A DNA stretch of 61,628 nucleotides from Coprothermobacterota bacterium (GCA_026389425.1 JAPLHW010000246.1:1-61628), one strand, 5' to 3'. Counted from the first letter of the stretch, positions 26,869-37,541 are shown. Program-made: numbers and translations. Notes: generated by a model not told the origin, from the letters alone.

Positions 26869-28652
26869 GCGAGAGCTTCTTTCTTGACCTGGAGACACGG
26901 GCCAGCCTGGAATGGGATGAGTTCCTGGGCTTGGTAAAGACGCACTCCTCTATTGGCCGAGAGGTCAAAGGGCGGATTCAACCTTACCGGATCGGGCAGG
27001 AAAAAGAACTCAGAGCCGAGTTGCGCCGAACCAAGGCCATGGCTTCCTTTTTACTGGATCACCCCTCCTGGGGGGCTGAACAAGCTGCCTTGTTGCACGA
27101 TATTAAAGATATCCGTCGATCACTCCACCAAGCCCGTGAGGGATTTGTACTGACAACAGTGGAGTTGTTCGAGTGCAAACGCTTGCTCCACCTCTTGGGA
27201 AGATTGCGAAAAGCCATGTACCTGCCCTTAGACCCGCAGGAATGCTCGAGGGCGGCTGTGGGACACCCTGGACTTGCATTCTTGACCTCTCTTCGACCAA
27301 GGGGCAGTACGGCGCTCCTCCGCCTCCTCTCTTGCGGGGGCCAAAGCCCTCAGACTTTCTCCTTGACAGAAGCCTATTCCCCCATACTGGGAAAGCTCCG
27401 CCGCCGCAAGGAGGAGCTAGATAGGAGGTTATCGGCAGAACGGGCAGTGGCCAATGAACTGCTTCGCCCGGACGGGCTTCGCCTCGGGCGGGATGAAGAG
27501 ATCACGGTCCAGCGCGGAAGCTCAGGTGCCAGCCGTTGCCAGGAAGCTGGCTGTTTCATCCTTCGTAGTGAGAATGCGCATGCGCTGGTATTCCGCCTTC
27601 GACCCTCCCCAAAAGCGCTTAAATGGACGGAAGAGTTGGAGGTTTTAGTGATCGCCGAGGAGAGAGAGGGAAAGACGATCCGGGCTAAACTCTCAAAGGC
27701 CATCGGTGAACAGGCCGAAGGCTTGCTCGAGGATCTGGAGCGAATGGGCCGCTTCGACCTATTGTTGGCCAAGAGTCAACTTGCTAACAGCTACCGTGGT
27801 GTGCTGCCCCACCTCCTCCCTGCTTCCTCAACGGTCGTATTTCGACTAGAAGAAGGCCGCCACTGGCCGATGAGCGTGCGCATGATGGAGAGTGGCGTCC
27901 CCTTCCACCCCCTCAGCATCGAGCTATTAAAAGGATCAGCGTTAGTCAGCGGAGCCAATATGAGCGGCAAAACAGTCCTTCTTAAGACCATTGGGTTGTC
28001 CTGTGCCATGGCCCAGCACGGTTTCCTGGCGCCGTCCCGGGCAATGGAGTGGGCGCTACGGGATTTCCTCTTTTTTTCCACTCGACGCCGCGAGCAGGAC
28101 GGCCTCTCCGCCTTCGCAGCGGAGGTGGCCGGGATCAAGCGGGTGTTAGGGCACCACCGGAGGGTTGGCTTGCTCCTGCTCGATGAGCTGGCTCGAGGAA
28201 CCAATCCTACCGAGGGTTTTGCCATCAATGCCGCTCTCCTTTTGCGCACCAATCAACTCCCAGGAAGCGCCCTTTTCACCTCTCACTTTGAGGGTTTGGC
28301 TCAAGCTACCGGCGTGATGCACTGGCAGATGGCAGGGCTTGGCGAGATTAGTCTTGAACAGGTGCGAGCGCTTATTCGACAGGGCGGGGAGGCTATCCTT
28401 TCCAGGGTGATGCAGTACCGCCTGGAGAGAGTCGAGCCAGAACGGCGGGTGCCACATGATGCTCTCAAGATCGCCCTTTTATTGGGACTGGAAGAAGAGG
28501 TGATAGAGTTGGCGAGGAGATTCACGCAAACACTCCAGCAGTCCCCGCCCGAGCTGGAGCACCTTGGGAAGAGCCCCGCTCCGGCGGCAGTAACAAGAAA
28601 GCAGAAAATGCTGCAGCTAGATAGCCCCCGGCAGGGTGTCCTACTCTTATGA
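26865..28652 (+). CDS. MutS-family ATPase (domain V only; no mismatch-binding or Smr domain recognised)
   Basis: GANMSGKTVLLKTIGL (Walker A), LLLLDELARGTNPTEG (Walker B), TSHF. GTG 26865. Confidence 0.7.
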   Translation: MSESFFLDLETRASLEWDEFLGLVKTHSSIGREVKGRIQPYRIGQEKELRAELRRTKAMASFLLDHPSWGAEQAALLHDIKDIRRSLHQAREGFVLTTVELFECKRLLHLLGRLRKAMYLPLDPQECSRAAVGHPGLAFLTSLRPRGSTALLRLLSCGGQSPQTFSLTEAYSPILGKLRRRKEELDRRLSAERAVANELLRPDGLRLGRDEEITVQRGSSGASRCQEAGCFILRSENAHALVFRLRPSPKALKWTEELEVLVIAEEREGKTIRAKLSKAIGEQAEGLLEDLERMGRFDLLLAKSQLANSYRGVLPHLLPASSTVVFRLEEGRHWPMSVRMMESGVPFHPLSIELLKGSALVSGANMSGKTVLLKTIGLSCAMAQHGFLAPSRAMEWALRDFLFFSTRRREQDGLSAFAAEVAGIKRVLGHHRRVGLLLLDELARGTNPTEGFAINAALLLRTNQLPGSALFTSHFEGLAQATGVMHWQMAGLGEISLEQVRALIRQGGEAILSRVMQYRLERVEPERRVPHDALKIALLLGLEEEVIELARRFTQTLQQSPPELEHLGKSPAPAAVTRKQKMLQLDSPRQGVLLL

Positions 28653-30220
28653 GACTGCCGATTTCTTCTGAACAAGTTCGCCATTGCCGTAAACTGGCTG
28701 CCTCCATCGCACAGGAAGTGAAGGCCGAGATCAGCCCGCTCTCCACCGTCTCGGTTGAGCGTTCTCTCCTGCGTTTGGTCGGCATCGAGGGTAGCAATCA
28801 AGAGAGTGTGCCGTTGGTGAATTGTTTTATCGATCAAATCACTGGGCAGCGAGCTTTGGAGGACGGTGCGCTCTATTGGTTAAGCAACACCATCTTGGCT
28901 ACCGGGGAATCGCCCCAAGGCATCGCCGAACGTGTGGGCGCAGGGTCGCTGGACCTGGTGCGACTGCCTCGCCAACCTCGGCGAGCGATTGAGGATCTTT
29001 GCCGGCAGATCGTTCAGGATGCCTTGGTCACTCTCTTTGGCAAACAGCGCCAGCGGCGCGAGATGGAGGAAAGCTTGGCCCGGGCTCCGTCCCCATGGCT
29101 GTATGTGATCGTCGCCACCGGAAACATTTACGACGATATCGAACAGGCCAAGGCAGCCGCAGAACAGGGCGCCGACGCCGTGGCGGTGATCCGCTCTACG
29201 GCCCAGAGCTTGCTGGACTATGTCCCCGAAGGGATTACCACCGAGGGGTTCGGCGGCACCTTCGCCACTGGAGCGAACTACCGCTTGATGCGGGGCGCCT
29301 TGGACGAGGTTTCCCGTCGATCCAACCGCTATGTCCGCCAGGTCAACTATTGCTCTGGTCTTTGCATGGCCGAAATCGCTGCTTTGGGCGTTTTAGAAGG
29401 TTTAGACATCCTCGTCAATGATGCCCTCTACGGGATTCTCTTTCGTGACTTGAACATGATCCGCACCATGGTTGATCAGCATTTTTCGCGCTACTTGTTG
29501 GGCCTTTTCGATACGATTATCGTCACTGGTGAGGACAACCTGATCAAGACCATCGATGCTTACGAGGAATACTCGATCGTGCTTGTCTCCCAGTTCATCA
29601 ACGAACAATTGGCCAAGAACGCCGGGATGCGCGAGGAACGGATCGGTCTGGGTCATGCCGCCGAGCTGGACCCTGCGCTACAGGACAGTTTTCTCAAGGA
29701 GCTGGTTCAAGCACAACTAGTGCGACAGCTTTTCCCCCGCTCACCGGTCAAATTCATGCCCCCTACCCGTTACAAGAGCGGGAACATCTTCTTCGCCCAC
29801 GCGCTTGACACGCTTTTCAACCTTGTGTCTGTTTGGACCGATCAAGCGATCGTCCTCTTGGGGATGCCGACCGAAGCGATCCATACTCCCTATCTGCAAG
29901 ACCGCTACTTGAGCTTAGAGTCTGCCTTGCACGTTCGTCGCGCGGCCGGCTCGTTGGGACGGGAACTGCGATTTCTACCCAACGGGCAAGGCGCCGCCCG
30001 TGCCCGTCAGCTTCTGGCCAAAACCGAGGAATCTCTGACCCGCATTTCCGAGGACGGGCTGTGGAACTCCTTGGCTAGCGGCGCCTTCTCTGCCATTAGA
30101 CGCACCCGCAAAGGCGGGCGTGGCTATGATGGCGTCTTCCGCAAAGGGCAATTCTACCAGAACCCCTTCCTTTCCCGCGAGATAGTGCGGAGAGCAAGGA
30201 GGGAGACAGCAGCAACATGA
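28649..30220 (+). CDS. kamD: lysine 5,6-aminomutase alpha subunit
   Basis: 523 aa. N-terminus ...TVSVERSLLRLVGIEG. Size and adjacency to the B12-binding beta subunit. ATGA overlaps at both ends. Confidence 0.85.
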   Translation: MRLPISSEQVRHCRKLAASIAQEVKAEISPLSTVSVERSLLRLVGIEGSNQESVPLVNCFIDQITGQRALEDGALYWLSNTILATGESPQGIAERVGAGSLDLVRLPRQPRRAIEDLCRQIVQDALVTLFGKQRQRREMEESLARAPSPWLYVIVATGNIYDDIEQAKAAAEQGADAVAVIRSTAQSLLDYVPEGITTEGFGGTFATGANYRLMRGALDEVSRRSNRYVRQVNYCSGLCMAEIAALGVLEGLDILVNDALYGILFRDLNMIRTMVDQHFSRYLLGLFDTIIVTGEDNLIKTIDAYEEYSIVLVSQFINEQLAKNAGMREERIGLGHAAELDPALQDSFLKELVQAQLVRQLFPRSPVKFMPPTRYKSGNIFFAHALDTLFNLVSVWTDQAIVLLGMPTEAIHTPYLQDRYLSLESALHVRRAAGSLGRELRFLPNGQGAARARQLLAKTEESLTRISEDGLWNSLASGAFSAIRRTRKGGRGYDGVFRKGQFYQNPFLSREIVRRARRETAAT

Positions 30221-30960
30221 GCGAACGGCGATCATTTATCCGTCCCTACGGTGACCGCCTCAATGATGGCGCCGTGCAATTGTCCTTCAGTCTTCCCATG
30301 TCTCTCTCCGCCAGGAGCCGGGAAGCTGCCAAGTCCATAGCTGGTCGCCTGGGGTTGGACCAGATCCGCTTGGTCTCTGCTCTCGACCTGGGGAACGGTT
30401 TCTCTTTTTACATCCTTTACGGCACGACCATGGTGGAAATTGATGATCAGGCTATCCATCTCACCGAGGTGGAACGGCCTTTATTGGATTTCTGGCGTAT
30501 CAACCAGCTGTTGGAGTTTGAATTGAAGAAACGCGTGACGGTGGTCGGCGCCACCATTGGGACTGATGCCCACACCGTCGGCTTGGACGCTATCCTCAAC
30601 GCCAAAGGTTTCGGCGGGGAGTCCGGTCTGGAGAGGTATCCTCAGTTCCGGGTGGTGAACCTGGGAGCTCAGGTGCCTCCGGATGAGGTCCTGGAAGCGG
30701 CTCGGGAACAGCGTGCCGATGTAGTCCTCGTTTCGCAAGTGGTTACCCAAAGAAATGCTCATCTGGAGAATCTCTCTCTTCTCGCCGAGATGCTCGAAGC
30801 GGAGGGGATACGGCAGGATCTTCTCTTGATCTGTGGAGGACCCTACATCGATAGCCAGGTCGCACTGGAGGTCGGCTTTGACGCTGCCTTTGGGCCGGGC
30901 ACGACACCGCTGGCGGTGGCCAGCCTAATTGTCGAAGAGCTCCTGCGAAAAGCCCAATGA
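30217..30960 (+). CDS. kamE: lysine 5,6-aminomutase beta subunit (cobalamin/PLP-binding)
   Basis: RPYGDRLNDGAVQLSFSLP N-terminus. B12 base-off motif GTDAHTVG. Confidence 0.85.
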   Translation: MSERRSFIRPYGDRLNDGAVQLSFSLPMSLSARSREAAKSIAGRLGLDQIRLVSALDLGNGFSFYILYGTTMVEIDDQAIHLTEVERPLLDFWRINQLLEFELKKRVTVVGATIGTDAHTVGLDAILNAKGFGGESGLERYPQFRVVNLGAQVPPDEVLEAAREQRADVVLVSQVVTQRNAHLENLSLLAEMLEAEGIRQDLLLICGGPYIDSQVALEVGFDAAFGPGTTPLAVASLIVEELLRKAQ

Positions 30961-32570
30961 GCAAACTGATCTTTGTCACCGGGGGGGTTGTTTCTGGGAT
31001 CGGCAAGGGGATTCTGGCCGCTTCCATCGGTGCCCTGATTAAGGGGCGAGGGTATCGGGTGAGCATGATCAAGTGCGACCCGTACCTGAACGTTGACGCA
31101 GGCACGATGAGCCCCTATCAGCATGGAGAAGTCTTCGTGTTGAAAGATGGAGCCGAAACAGACCTCGACTTGGGACACTACGAGCGTTTCATCGATGAGG
31201 ATCTGGACCAGTTGGCCAATGTCACTTCAGGCCGGATCTACTCGGCTGTGATCACCAAAGAACGGCGAGGCGAGTATTTGGGAGCCACGGTGCAAATGAT
31301 TCCGCACGTAACCAACGAGATCATGGATGCCATCAAGGGTGCCCTCGAACACTCCAAAGCGGAAATATTGGTAGTGGAGATCGGCGGTACGGTGGGTGAC
31401 ATAGAGGGGCTCCCCTTCCTGGAGGCCATCCGCCAGCTACGTCGCAGCTTTCCGCCGGAAGATCTTCTCTATGTCCACACCACCCTCGTGCCGTTCCTGG
31501 AAACCTCACAAGAGGCAAAGACCAAACCGACCCAACACTCTGTCGCCGAGCTACGCAGCATCGGTATTCAACCGAATGTTGTCGTTTGTCGATCGCGACG
31601 GGCGATTTCCCGTAAGCTGCGGGAGAAAGTGGCTCTCTTTTGCGACGTCGATCAAGAGCAGGTAATCTCTCTACCCGACTTGAACTCTATTTACCGGGTT
31701 CCTCTCTATTTGCAGCGGGAGGGTTTCTCCGCCATCTTGGACCGTTTCCTCGGCGAGAGGCGCACTGCAGATCTGGCAATATGGGAACGGCTGGAGCGTA
31801 TCATAGAGAGCCCGCATCCGCAGCTCCGCGTCGGCGTGGTGGGCAAATACGTAGGGATGCGCGATACATACATCTCGGTCAACGAGGCCCTTACACACGC
31901 CTCCCTGGAAGAAGAGCTGGATCTCCAGTTGGTTTGGATCCCCTCCGAGAAGTTGGAGGGGAAGGACCTCTCTGGAATACTCGGCGAGCTGGACGGGATC
32001 GTAGTGCCGGGCGGTTTCGACCCCAGGGGGGTGGAAGGGAAGATCGCAGCAGTAGAATACGCTCGTTGCCAAGGCATCCCCTACTTTGGCCTTTGCCTGG
32101 GGTTACAGTGCGCGGTAATAGAGTTCGCTCGCCACGTCTGTGGCTTAGAGGCGGCTAATAGCACGGAATGCGATCCCTTCACCCCCTACCCAGTCATCGA
32201 TCTTTTGGCCGACCAACGCGGCTTGGAAGCCAAGGGCGGCACCATGCGTCTAGGAGTATACCCGTGCTCTGTGCAAGAGGGTAGCGAAGCGTGGCGAGCT
32301 TATGGCCAAGATATCGTCTGGGAGCGTCACCGCCACCGTTACGAATTGAACAATGAGTATCTTCACCTTTTGGAGAGGGGAGGGTTGGTCGTCTCCGGAC
32401 GATACGAGGAATTGGGCTTGGCTGAGATCGTTGAACTACCTGGGCACCCCTGGTTCCTAGGGACCCAATTCCACCCAGAACTGACTTCACGACCAGGAAA
32501 ACCAAACCCCCTGTTCCACCAATTCATCAGAGCTTGCGCGAGGAGGGCCAGCCTTCGATGGAAAAACTGA
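30957..32570 (+). CDS. pyrG: CTP synthase
   Basis: [20 protein letters not shown] glutaminase Cys, HRHRYE. Confidence 0.95.
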   Translation: MSKLIFVTGGVVSGIGKGILAASIGALIKGRGYRVSMIKCDPYLNVDAGTMSPYQHGEVFVLKDGAETDLDLGHYERFIDEDLDQLANVTSGRIYSAVITKERRGEYLGATVQMIPHVTNEIMDAIKGALEHSKAEILVVEIGGTVGDIEGLPFLEAIRQLRRSFPPEDLLYVHTTLVPFLETSQEAKTKPTQHSVAELRSIGIQPNVVVCRSRRAISRKLREKVALFCDVDQEQVISLPDLNSIYRVPLYLQREGFSAILDRFLGERRTADLAIWERLERIIESPHPQLRVGVVGKYVGMRDTYISVNEALTHASLEEELDLQLVWIPSEKLEGKDLSGILGELDGIVVPGGFDPRGVEGKIAAVEYARCQGIPYFGLCLGLQCAVIEFARHVCGLEAANSTECDPFTPYPVIDLLADQRGLEAKGGTMRLGVYPCSVQEGSEAWRAYGQDIVWERHRHRYELNNEYLHLLERGGLVVSGRYEELGLAEIVELPGHPWFLGTQFHPELTSRPGKPNPLFHQFIRACARRASLRWKN

Positions 32571-33400
32571 TTATCACCGCCGCCATCTGTGGAGCGGAAG
32601 TAAGAAAAACGGATCACCCGGCACTACCGGTGTCGACCCAGGAATTGGGCGATGAGAGCTTTCGGGCTTACCAGGCCGGAGCTTCAGTAGTCCACTTGCA
32701 TGTGCGCAAGGATGACGGCTCGCCCACCCAGGACGCCATTGTATTCGCGCGGGCGATGGAAGCCATCCGCAGCCGTTGTGACATCATTATCCAGACTTCC
32801 ACCGGGGGAGCGGTAGGGATGAGTGCTGAAGAACGATCGTCTCCCCTCACCCTCAACCCGGAGATGGCTACGTTGACCTGCGGTACCGTCAATTTTGGGG
32901 AGGGCGTCTTCTGGAACCCGCCCGAATTAATTGAGAGTTTCGCCCGCATGATGATGGAGCGAGGCATCAAGCCGGAGATTGAGGTTTTCGAGGCGGGAAT
33001 GATTACCAATGCCTTGCGACTGGTAAAGAAGGGGATCCTCCACCTGCCCCTGCACTTCGATCTCGTTATGGGGGTTCCAGGTGGGATCACCGCCTCAGTG
33101 CGCGATCTGGTCTATCTAGTGGAGAGCCTTCCTGATGGTTGCACCTGGACGGTAGCTGGGATCGGCCGGGCAGAACTGCAACTGGCTGCCGCCGCCATCG
33201 TGATGGGTGGGAATGTCCGCTGCGGCTTCGAGGATAACATCTTCTACCGCAAAGGTGAGCTAGCCACCCACAATGGCCAGCTTGTAGAGCGGATTGCCAG
33301 ACTATCGAGGGAGCTAGGGCGCGAGGTGGCTGAACCGGACGAGGCTCGGATCATCTTGGGGATTGCTAAAACCTGCCCTCGAGAATTGCTGCGGGAGTAG
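32558..33400 (+). CDS. kce: 3-keto-5-aminohexanoate cleavage enzyme (BKACE/DUF849 family)
   Basis: [12 protein letters not shown]...PALPVSTQELGDESFRAYQAGASVVHLHVRKDDGSPTQD. ATG 32558 overlaps the pyrG 3' end by 13 nt. Confidence 0.8.
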   Translation: MEKLIITAAICGAEVRKTDHPALPVSTQELGDESFRAYQAGASVVHLHVRKDDGSPTQDAIVFARAMEAIRSRCDIIIQTSTGGAVGMSAEERSSPLTLNPEMATLTCGTVNFGEGVFWNPPELIESFARMMMERGIKPEIEVFEAGMITNALRLVKKGILHLPLHFDLVMGVPGGITASVRDLVYLVESLPDGCTWTVAGIGRAELQLAAAAIVMGGNVRCGFEDNIFYRKGELATHNGQLVERIARLSRELGREVAEPDEARIILGIAKTCPRELLRE

Positions 33401-33432
33401 CCAGGGCTGTCTGCGGGATTCGATCGAATAAA

Positions 33433-34074
33433 TTGACTTCCACCAACTATCAGGCAATGAACTTGGGCACATTCTTGAAGGAGCTCTCCTCCCGTGCGGC
33501 GACACCCGGCGGAGGAGCGGCTGCCGGCCTGGTAGCCGCCATGGGCGCCAGCCTTGGGGCGATGGTGGCGGCGCTCAGCCAGGGAATCCGTTATACCTCT
33601 GTGGCAGATTCAATGAAGAAATTGGAGGAGCGTTTTTTAGAGAGCCGCGACCGTTGTTTGATCTTTGCCAACCAGGATTCAGCCGCCTTCCAGCGTTGGA
33701 TGGCAGCCGCTCGGATGTCTTTTGAGGATCCGTCTGCTCGGGAGGAAGCCCTCCGAGCAGCTATGGAGGAAGCTTGCCGCCTGCCGATGGCCTTGGGAGA
33801 GGAGGTTTCCGGGTTGCAAAGCGCGCTGGCTACCCTGCAAGAACACGGTAACGTCCGCGTCCTTAGCGATGTCGGAGCCGCCCTTGCTCTGTTGTCCGCA
33901 GCCTTAGAGATCTCAATCCTCAACCTCCGCATCAATCAACAAGGGATTGCTGACCCTTGTCTTCGAGGAAAGCTTATGAGATCAATCGAATCATTCGATC
34001 GCACCTGTGCGGTGATGCGAGAATGGGAATCACAAATCAGATCACGATTAGAAGGAGAAGAGTGGAATGAATGA
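33433..34074 (+). CDS. cyclodeaminase/cyclohydrolase-domain protein (FTCD C-terminal-like)
   Basis: LSSRAATPGGGAAAGLVAAMGASLGAMVAALS is the typical FTCD_C N-terminal helix. Start is TTG 33433 or ATG 33457. Confidence 0.7.
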   Translation: MTSTNYQAMNLGTFLKELSSRAATPGGGAAAGLVAAMGASLGAMVAALSQGIRYTSVADSMKKLEERFLESRDRCLIFANQDSAAFQRWMAAARMSFEDPSAREEALRAAMEEACRLPMALGEEVSGLQSALATLQEHGNVRVLSDVGAALALLSAALEISILNLRINQQGIADPCLRGKLMRSIESFDRTCAVMREWESQIRSRLEGEEWNE

Positions 34075-35284
34075 AGTCTGGATCTGTTCTGCCAAGCGGA
34101 CTGCGATTGGCGCATTCATGGGGAGTTTGAAAGATATTCCCGCGGTTGACCTCGGCGCCATCGTCGCCAAGGCCATCCTGGCGGAGACCGGAGTCCCGCC
34201 CGCCCAGATCAGCGAGCTGATCGCCGGCTGTGTGCTGCCGGCCGGACAGGGTATGAACCCGGCTCGGCAAGTAGCCCTGAAGGCAGGCCTGCCCGTAGAA
34301 TCGACCGCCTTCACGGTGAATCGCGTCTGCGGCTCGGGCTTGCAGGCAGTTGTCAGCGGCGCCCAGGAGATTCTTCTCGGGGAGGCTGACCTGATCCTTG
34401 CGGGGGGCATCGAGAATATGAGCCGAGTTCCCTATCTCCTCCCCAAGGCCCGAGCCGGTTTCCGCCTGGGCAATGAGACAGTTGTCGACGGGATGATTGG
34501 AGATGGCCTATGGGATGTTTTTACCGATGAGCACATGGGCATCACTGCAGAGAATTTGGCTGCCAAATACGGGATCAGTCGACAAGAGCAGGACGAGTTT
34601 GCTCTAGCCAGTCAGCGAAAAGCCTGCCAAGCCATCCGGGAGGGACGATTCCAAGACGAGATCGTGCCTGTCTTGGTTCCTCAAGGGAAAGGCGAACCAA
34701 ACATGCTGCCGCAGGCTGTTTTGTTTCAAGTGGACGAGTTCGTCCGCCTGGACGTGAGTCCGGAGAAGCTAGCACGGCTGCGCACCGCTTTTAAGAAGGA
34801 CGGCACAGTGACGGCTGGGAACTCCTCTGGGATTAACGATGGCGCCGCGTTCGTCTTGTTGGCTTCTGGAAACCGCGCAAAAGAGCTGGGGCTAAAACCC
34901 CTGGCGATCATCCGCAGTTGGGCAGTGGCCGGCGTGGAACCCTCTGTGATGGGCTTGGGACCAGTGCCGGCAACGCGGAAAGCATTGACTAAAGCCGGCG
35001 TGTTGCTGGATCAGGTCGAGTTCCTGGAATTGAACGAAGCCTTTGCCGCCCAGTCTCTGGCAGTCTTGCGAGAGCTCCAAATTTCTCCCGAGCGCGTCAA
35101 CCTCAACGGGGGAGCGATCGCCCTCGGCCATCCAATTGGCGCCTCAGGCGCACGTATCCTGGTCACCCTTTTGCATGAGATGGCGCATCACCCGTACCCG
35201 ACCGGAGGTCAAGTCTGTACTGGTTTGGCCGCTCTTTGTATCGGCGGTGGCCAGGGGATTGCCCTCCTAGCGGAACGGGTGTAG
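34067..35284 (+). CDS. acetyl-CoA C-acetyltransferase (thiolase II)
   Basis: [12 protein letters not shown] (active Cys), [26 protein letters not shown]. Confidence 0.9.
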   Translation: MNEVWICSAKRTAIGAFMGSLKDIPAVDLGAIVAKAILAETGVPPAQISELIAGCVLPAGQGMNPARQVALKAGLPVESTAFTVNRVCGSGLQAVVSGAQEILLGEADLILAGGIENMSRVPYLLPKARAGFRLGNETVVDGMIGDGLWDVFTDEHMGITAENLAAKYGISRQEQDEFALASQRKACQAIREGRFQDEIVPVLVPQGKGEPNMLPQAVLFQVDEFVRLDVSPEKLARLRTAFKKDGTVTAGNSSGINDGAAFVLLASGNRAKELGLKPLAIIRSWAVAGVEPSVMGLGPVPATRKALTKAGVLLDQVEFLELNEAFAAQSLAVLRELQISPERVNLNGGAIALGHPIGASGARILVTLLHEMAHHPYPTGGQVCTGLAALCIGGGQGIALLAERV

Positions 35285-35369
35285 GATTAAGACAAATAAG
35301 ATAGGGGATAAACCGATCCCCTTGAGAAGTGATTCTTATCCGATACAAACCCGCAACATTTGGAGGTTC

Positions 35370-36032
35370 ATGATGCAACTATTTCTAGACACCGCCAACC
35401 TCGATGAGATACGTGAAGCCGTCAGCTGGGGTGTCATCTCTGGAGTGACGACCAACCCAACCCTGATGGCAAAAGAGCAAATCTCCTATCAGGAGAGGGT
35501 GATCGAGATTTGCCAGACAGTACCAGGGCCCGTCTCGGTGGAGGTCTTGGCACAAGATGCCGTCTCCATGGTTCGAGAAGCCCGCGAATTTTCCACTTGG
35601 GCGCCGAACGTGGTGGTTAAAATCCCGATGACCAAGGAGGGTTTGAAAGCCGTCAAGGACTTGGCTGCCGCCGGAATTCAAACCAATGTGACCTTGGTCT
35701 TTACTCTCAACCAAGCCTTGCTTGCTGCCCTAGCCGGGGCTTCCTACGTGAGTCCCTTCGTCGGCCGTCTCGATGATATCGGGCATGACGGCATGGCTTT
35801 GGTGGAACAGATCGCCGCGGTCTTCGAGAGCTACGATTTCCTCACCCGGGTGATCGCTGCCTCTATTCGACACCCATTCCATGTGACGCAAGCAGCCCAA
35901 GCCGGCGCCCACATCGCCACCATCCCCTTCAGCGTCTTGGAAGGAATGCTGCAGCACCCTCTTACCGATGCCGGGGTGAAGCGATTCCTGGAGGATTGGC
36001 AGAAGGTTGCCCCTCTTTTGGAGAAGAAGTGA
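35370..36032 (+). CDS. tal: short-type transaldolase / fructose-6-phosphate aldolase
   Basis: [16 protein letters not shown]...[23 protein letters not shown] at 35362-35366. Confidence 0.85.
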   Translation: MMQLFLDTANLDEIREAVSWGVISGVTTNPTLMAKEQISYQERVIEICQTVPGPVSVEVLAQDAVSMVREAREFSTWAPNVVVKIPMTKEGLKAVKDLAAAGIQTNVTLVFTLNQALLAALAGASYVSPFVGRLDDIGHDGMALVEQIAAVFESYDFLTRVIAASIRHPFHVTQAAQAGAHIATIPFSVLEGMLQHPLTDAGVKRFLEDWQKVAPLLEKK

Positions 36033-37541
36033 ATGCCTAAGTACACACTGGAAGAACTGAACGAAAAGAAAGCGCTCGAGCTGCAACGAATGGCGAGCGA
36101 GAAGGGCATCCCTTACTACAATCGATACAAGAAAGTTGAGTTGGCTCAACTCCTTTTCGAGCGGATGCTCCAGGAGGAACCCCCCCCGCTGGCACCCCCC
36201 CCGCTGGCTCCGAAACCAATCGCCAAGCCTATCGACAATCGAGAACCTCGTGACCGATCGGAGTTTGGTGAAAGCACAAACCGGGGAGAGATCAGAGACT
36301 ATAGGGATCGCCCCGAGATTCATGAATACCGGGGAAGATCGGAACAGCGAGATGGGCGGGACCGACAAGAGCCGCGGGAGACGAGGGAAATACCGCGTGA
36401 GGAAAAAACCATTGTGAAGGAGGAGCCTGTTCGTGGTGACCTGGTGGCAGGAGTCCTAGAGATCCATGAGGAAGGTTATGGTTTCCTACGCTCCCACTAT
36501 GTCCCTTCTCCCACCGATATCTACGTCTCCCCCTCGCAGATCAAACGGTTCGGCTTGCGCGATGGCGACATGATCACCGGATGGGTGCGCCAGCCAATGG
36601 AAAAGGAGAAATACCTGGCCTTACTGCGCGTGAAGGAAGTCAACGGATTGGACCCAGAGGTATCCCGCAATCGCCCAATCTTTGAAAACTTGACTCCAAT
36701 CTTCCCGAACAAGCGGCTTCGTTTGGAGACCACCCCCTTCGAATACTCCACGCGTCTTATTGATCTTATCTCACCCTTAGGGCGCGGCCAACGAGGGATG
36801 ATCGTCTCCCCGCCTAAGGCCGGGAAGACCACCATCCTGAAGAAGACAGCCCAAGCTATCACCCGCAATTACCCCGATATGGCAGTGATGGTCCTGCTTG
36901 TCGACGAGCGGCCTGAGGAGGTGACTGACTTCAAACGCTCCACCAGCGCTGAAGTAGTCGCCTCGACCTTCGATATGTTGCCGGAGAATCACATCCGCGT
37001 GGCTCGCTTGGTGCTGGAGAAAGCCAAGCGTTCTGTGGAGCAAGGCAAAGACGTAGTCATTCTGCTGGACGGAATCACTCGACTGACGCGAGCTTATAAC
37101 GCTGTGATGCCTCCATCCGGACGCACCCTCTCCGGGGGTTTGGATCCAGTCGCTATCCACGGACCGAAGAGTTTCTTCGGCGCAGCCCGTAACATCGAAG
37201 AAGGGGGCAGTCTGACCATCCTTGCCACCGCTCTGGTGGAGACCGGGTCCAAGATGGACGAGGTAATCTTCGAGGAGTTCAAGGGAACGGGCAATTTCGA
37301 GTTGGTCTTGGACCGCAAGATCTTTGAGCGTCGCGTCTTCCCCGCCTTGGACATCAAGCGTTCCGGCACACGCCGCGAAGAACTCCTTTATAACGAGGAC
37401 GAATTGCGAAAGATCTGGAACATTCGCCGGGCCTTATCTGCGTTGGAGTCCGGGGAAGCACTCGAGAAGTTGCTCGATCTGTTGACCAAAACCAAGTCAA
37501 ACACCGAATTCCTTCGTTATATCGGGAGCGACGAGATATAG
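36033..37541 (+). CDS. rho: transcription termination factor Rho with an Arg/Asp/Glu-rich N-terminal insertion
   Basis: [15 protein letters not shown] and the RNA-binding OB region [14 protein letters not shown]. About 75 aa of charged low-complexity insert (RDRSEFGE...REIPREEK). Confidence 0.95.
   Translation: MPKYTLEELNEKKALELQRMASEKGIPYYNRYKKVELAQLLFERMLQEEPPPLAPPPLAPKPIAKPIDNREPRDRSEFGESTNRGEIRDYRDRPEIHEYRGRSEQRDGRDRQEPRETREIPREEKTIVKEEPVRGDLVAGVLEIHEEGYGFLRSHYVPSPTDIYVSPSQIKRFGLRDGDMITGWVRQPMEKEKYLALLRVKEVNGLDPEVSRNRPIFENLTPIFPNKRLRLETTPFEYSTRLIDLISPLGRGQRGMIVSPPKAGKTTILKKTAQAITRNYPDMAVMVLLVDERPEEVTDFKRSTSAEVVASTFDMLPENHIRVARLVLEKAKRSVEQGKDVVILLDGITRLTRAYNAVMPPSGRTLSGGLDPVAIHGPKSFFGAARNIEEGGSLTILATALVETGSKMDEVIFEEFKGTGNFELVLDRKIFERRVFPALDIKRSGTRREELLYNEDELRKIWNIRRALSALESGEALEKLLDLLTKTKSNTEFLRYIGSDEI

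Noticed and set aside
26865-28652. Annotating the MutS-like ORF as a DNA mismatch-repair protein (MutS/MutS2)
   Set aside because: Only the ATPase core is recognisable, with no N-terminal mismatch-recognition or C-terminal Smr domain seen. The gene is start/stop-coupled to aminomutase genes, so a repair role is not supported by context.
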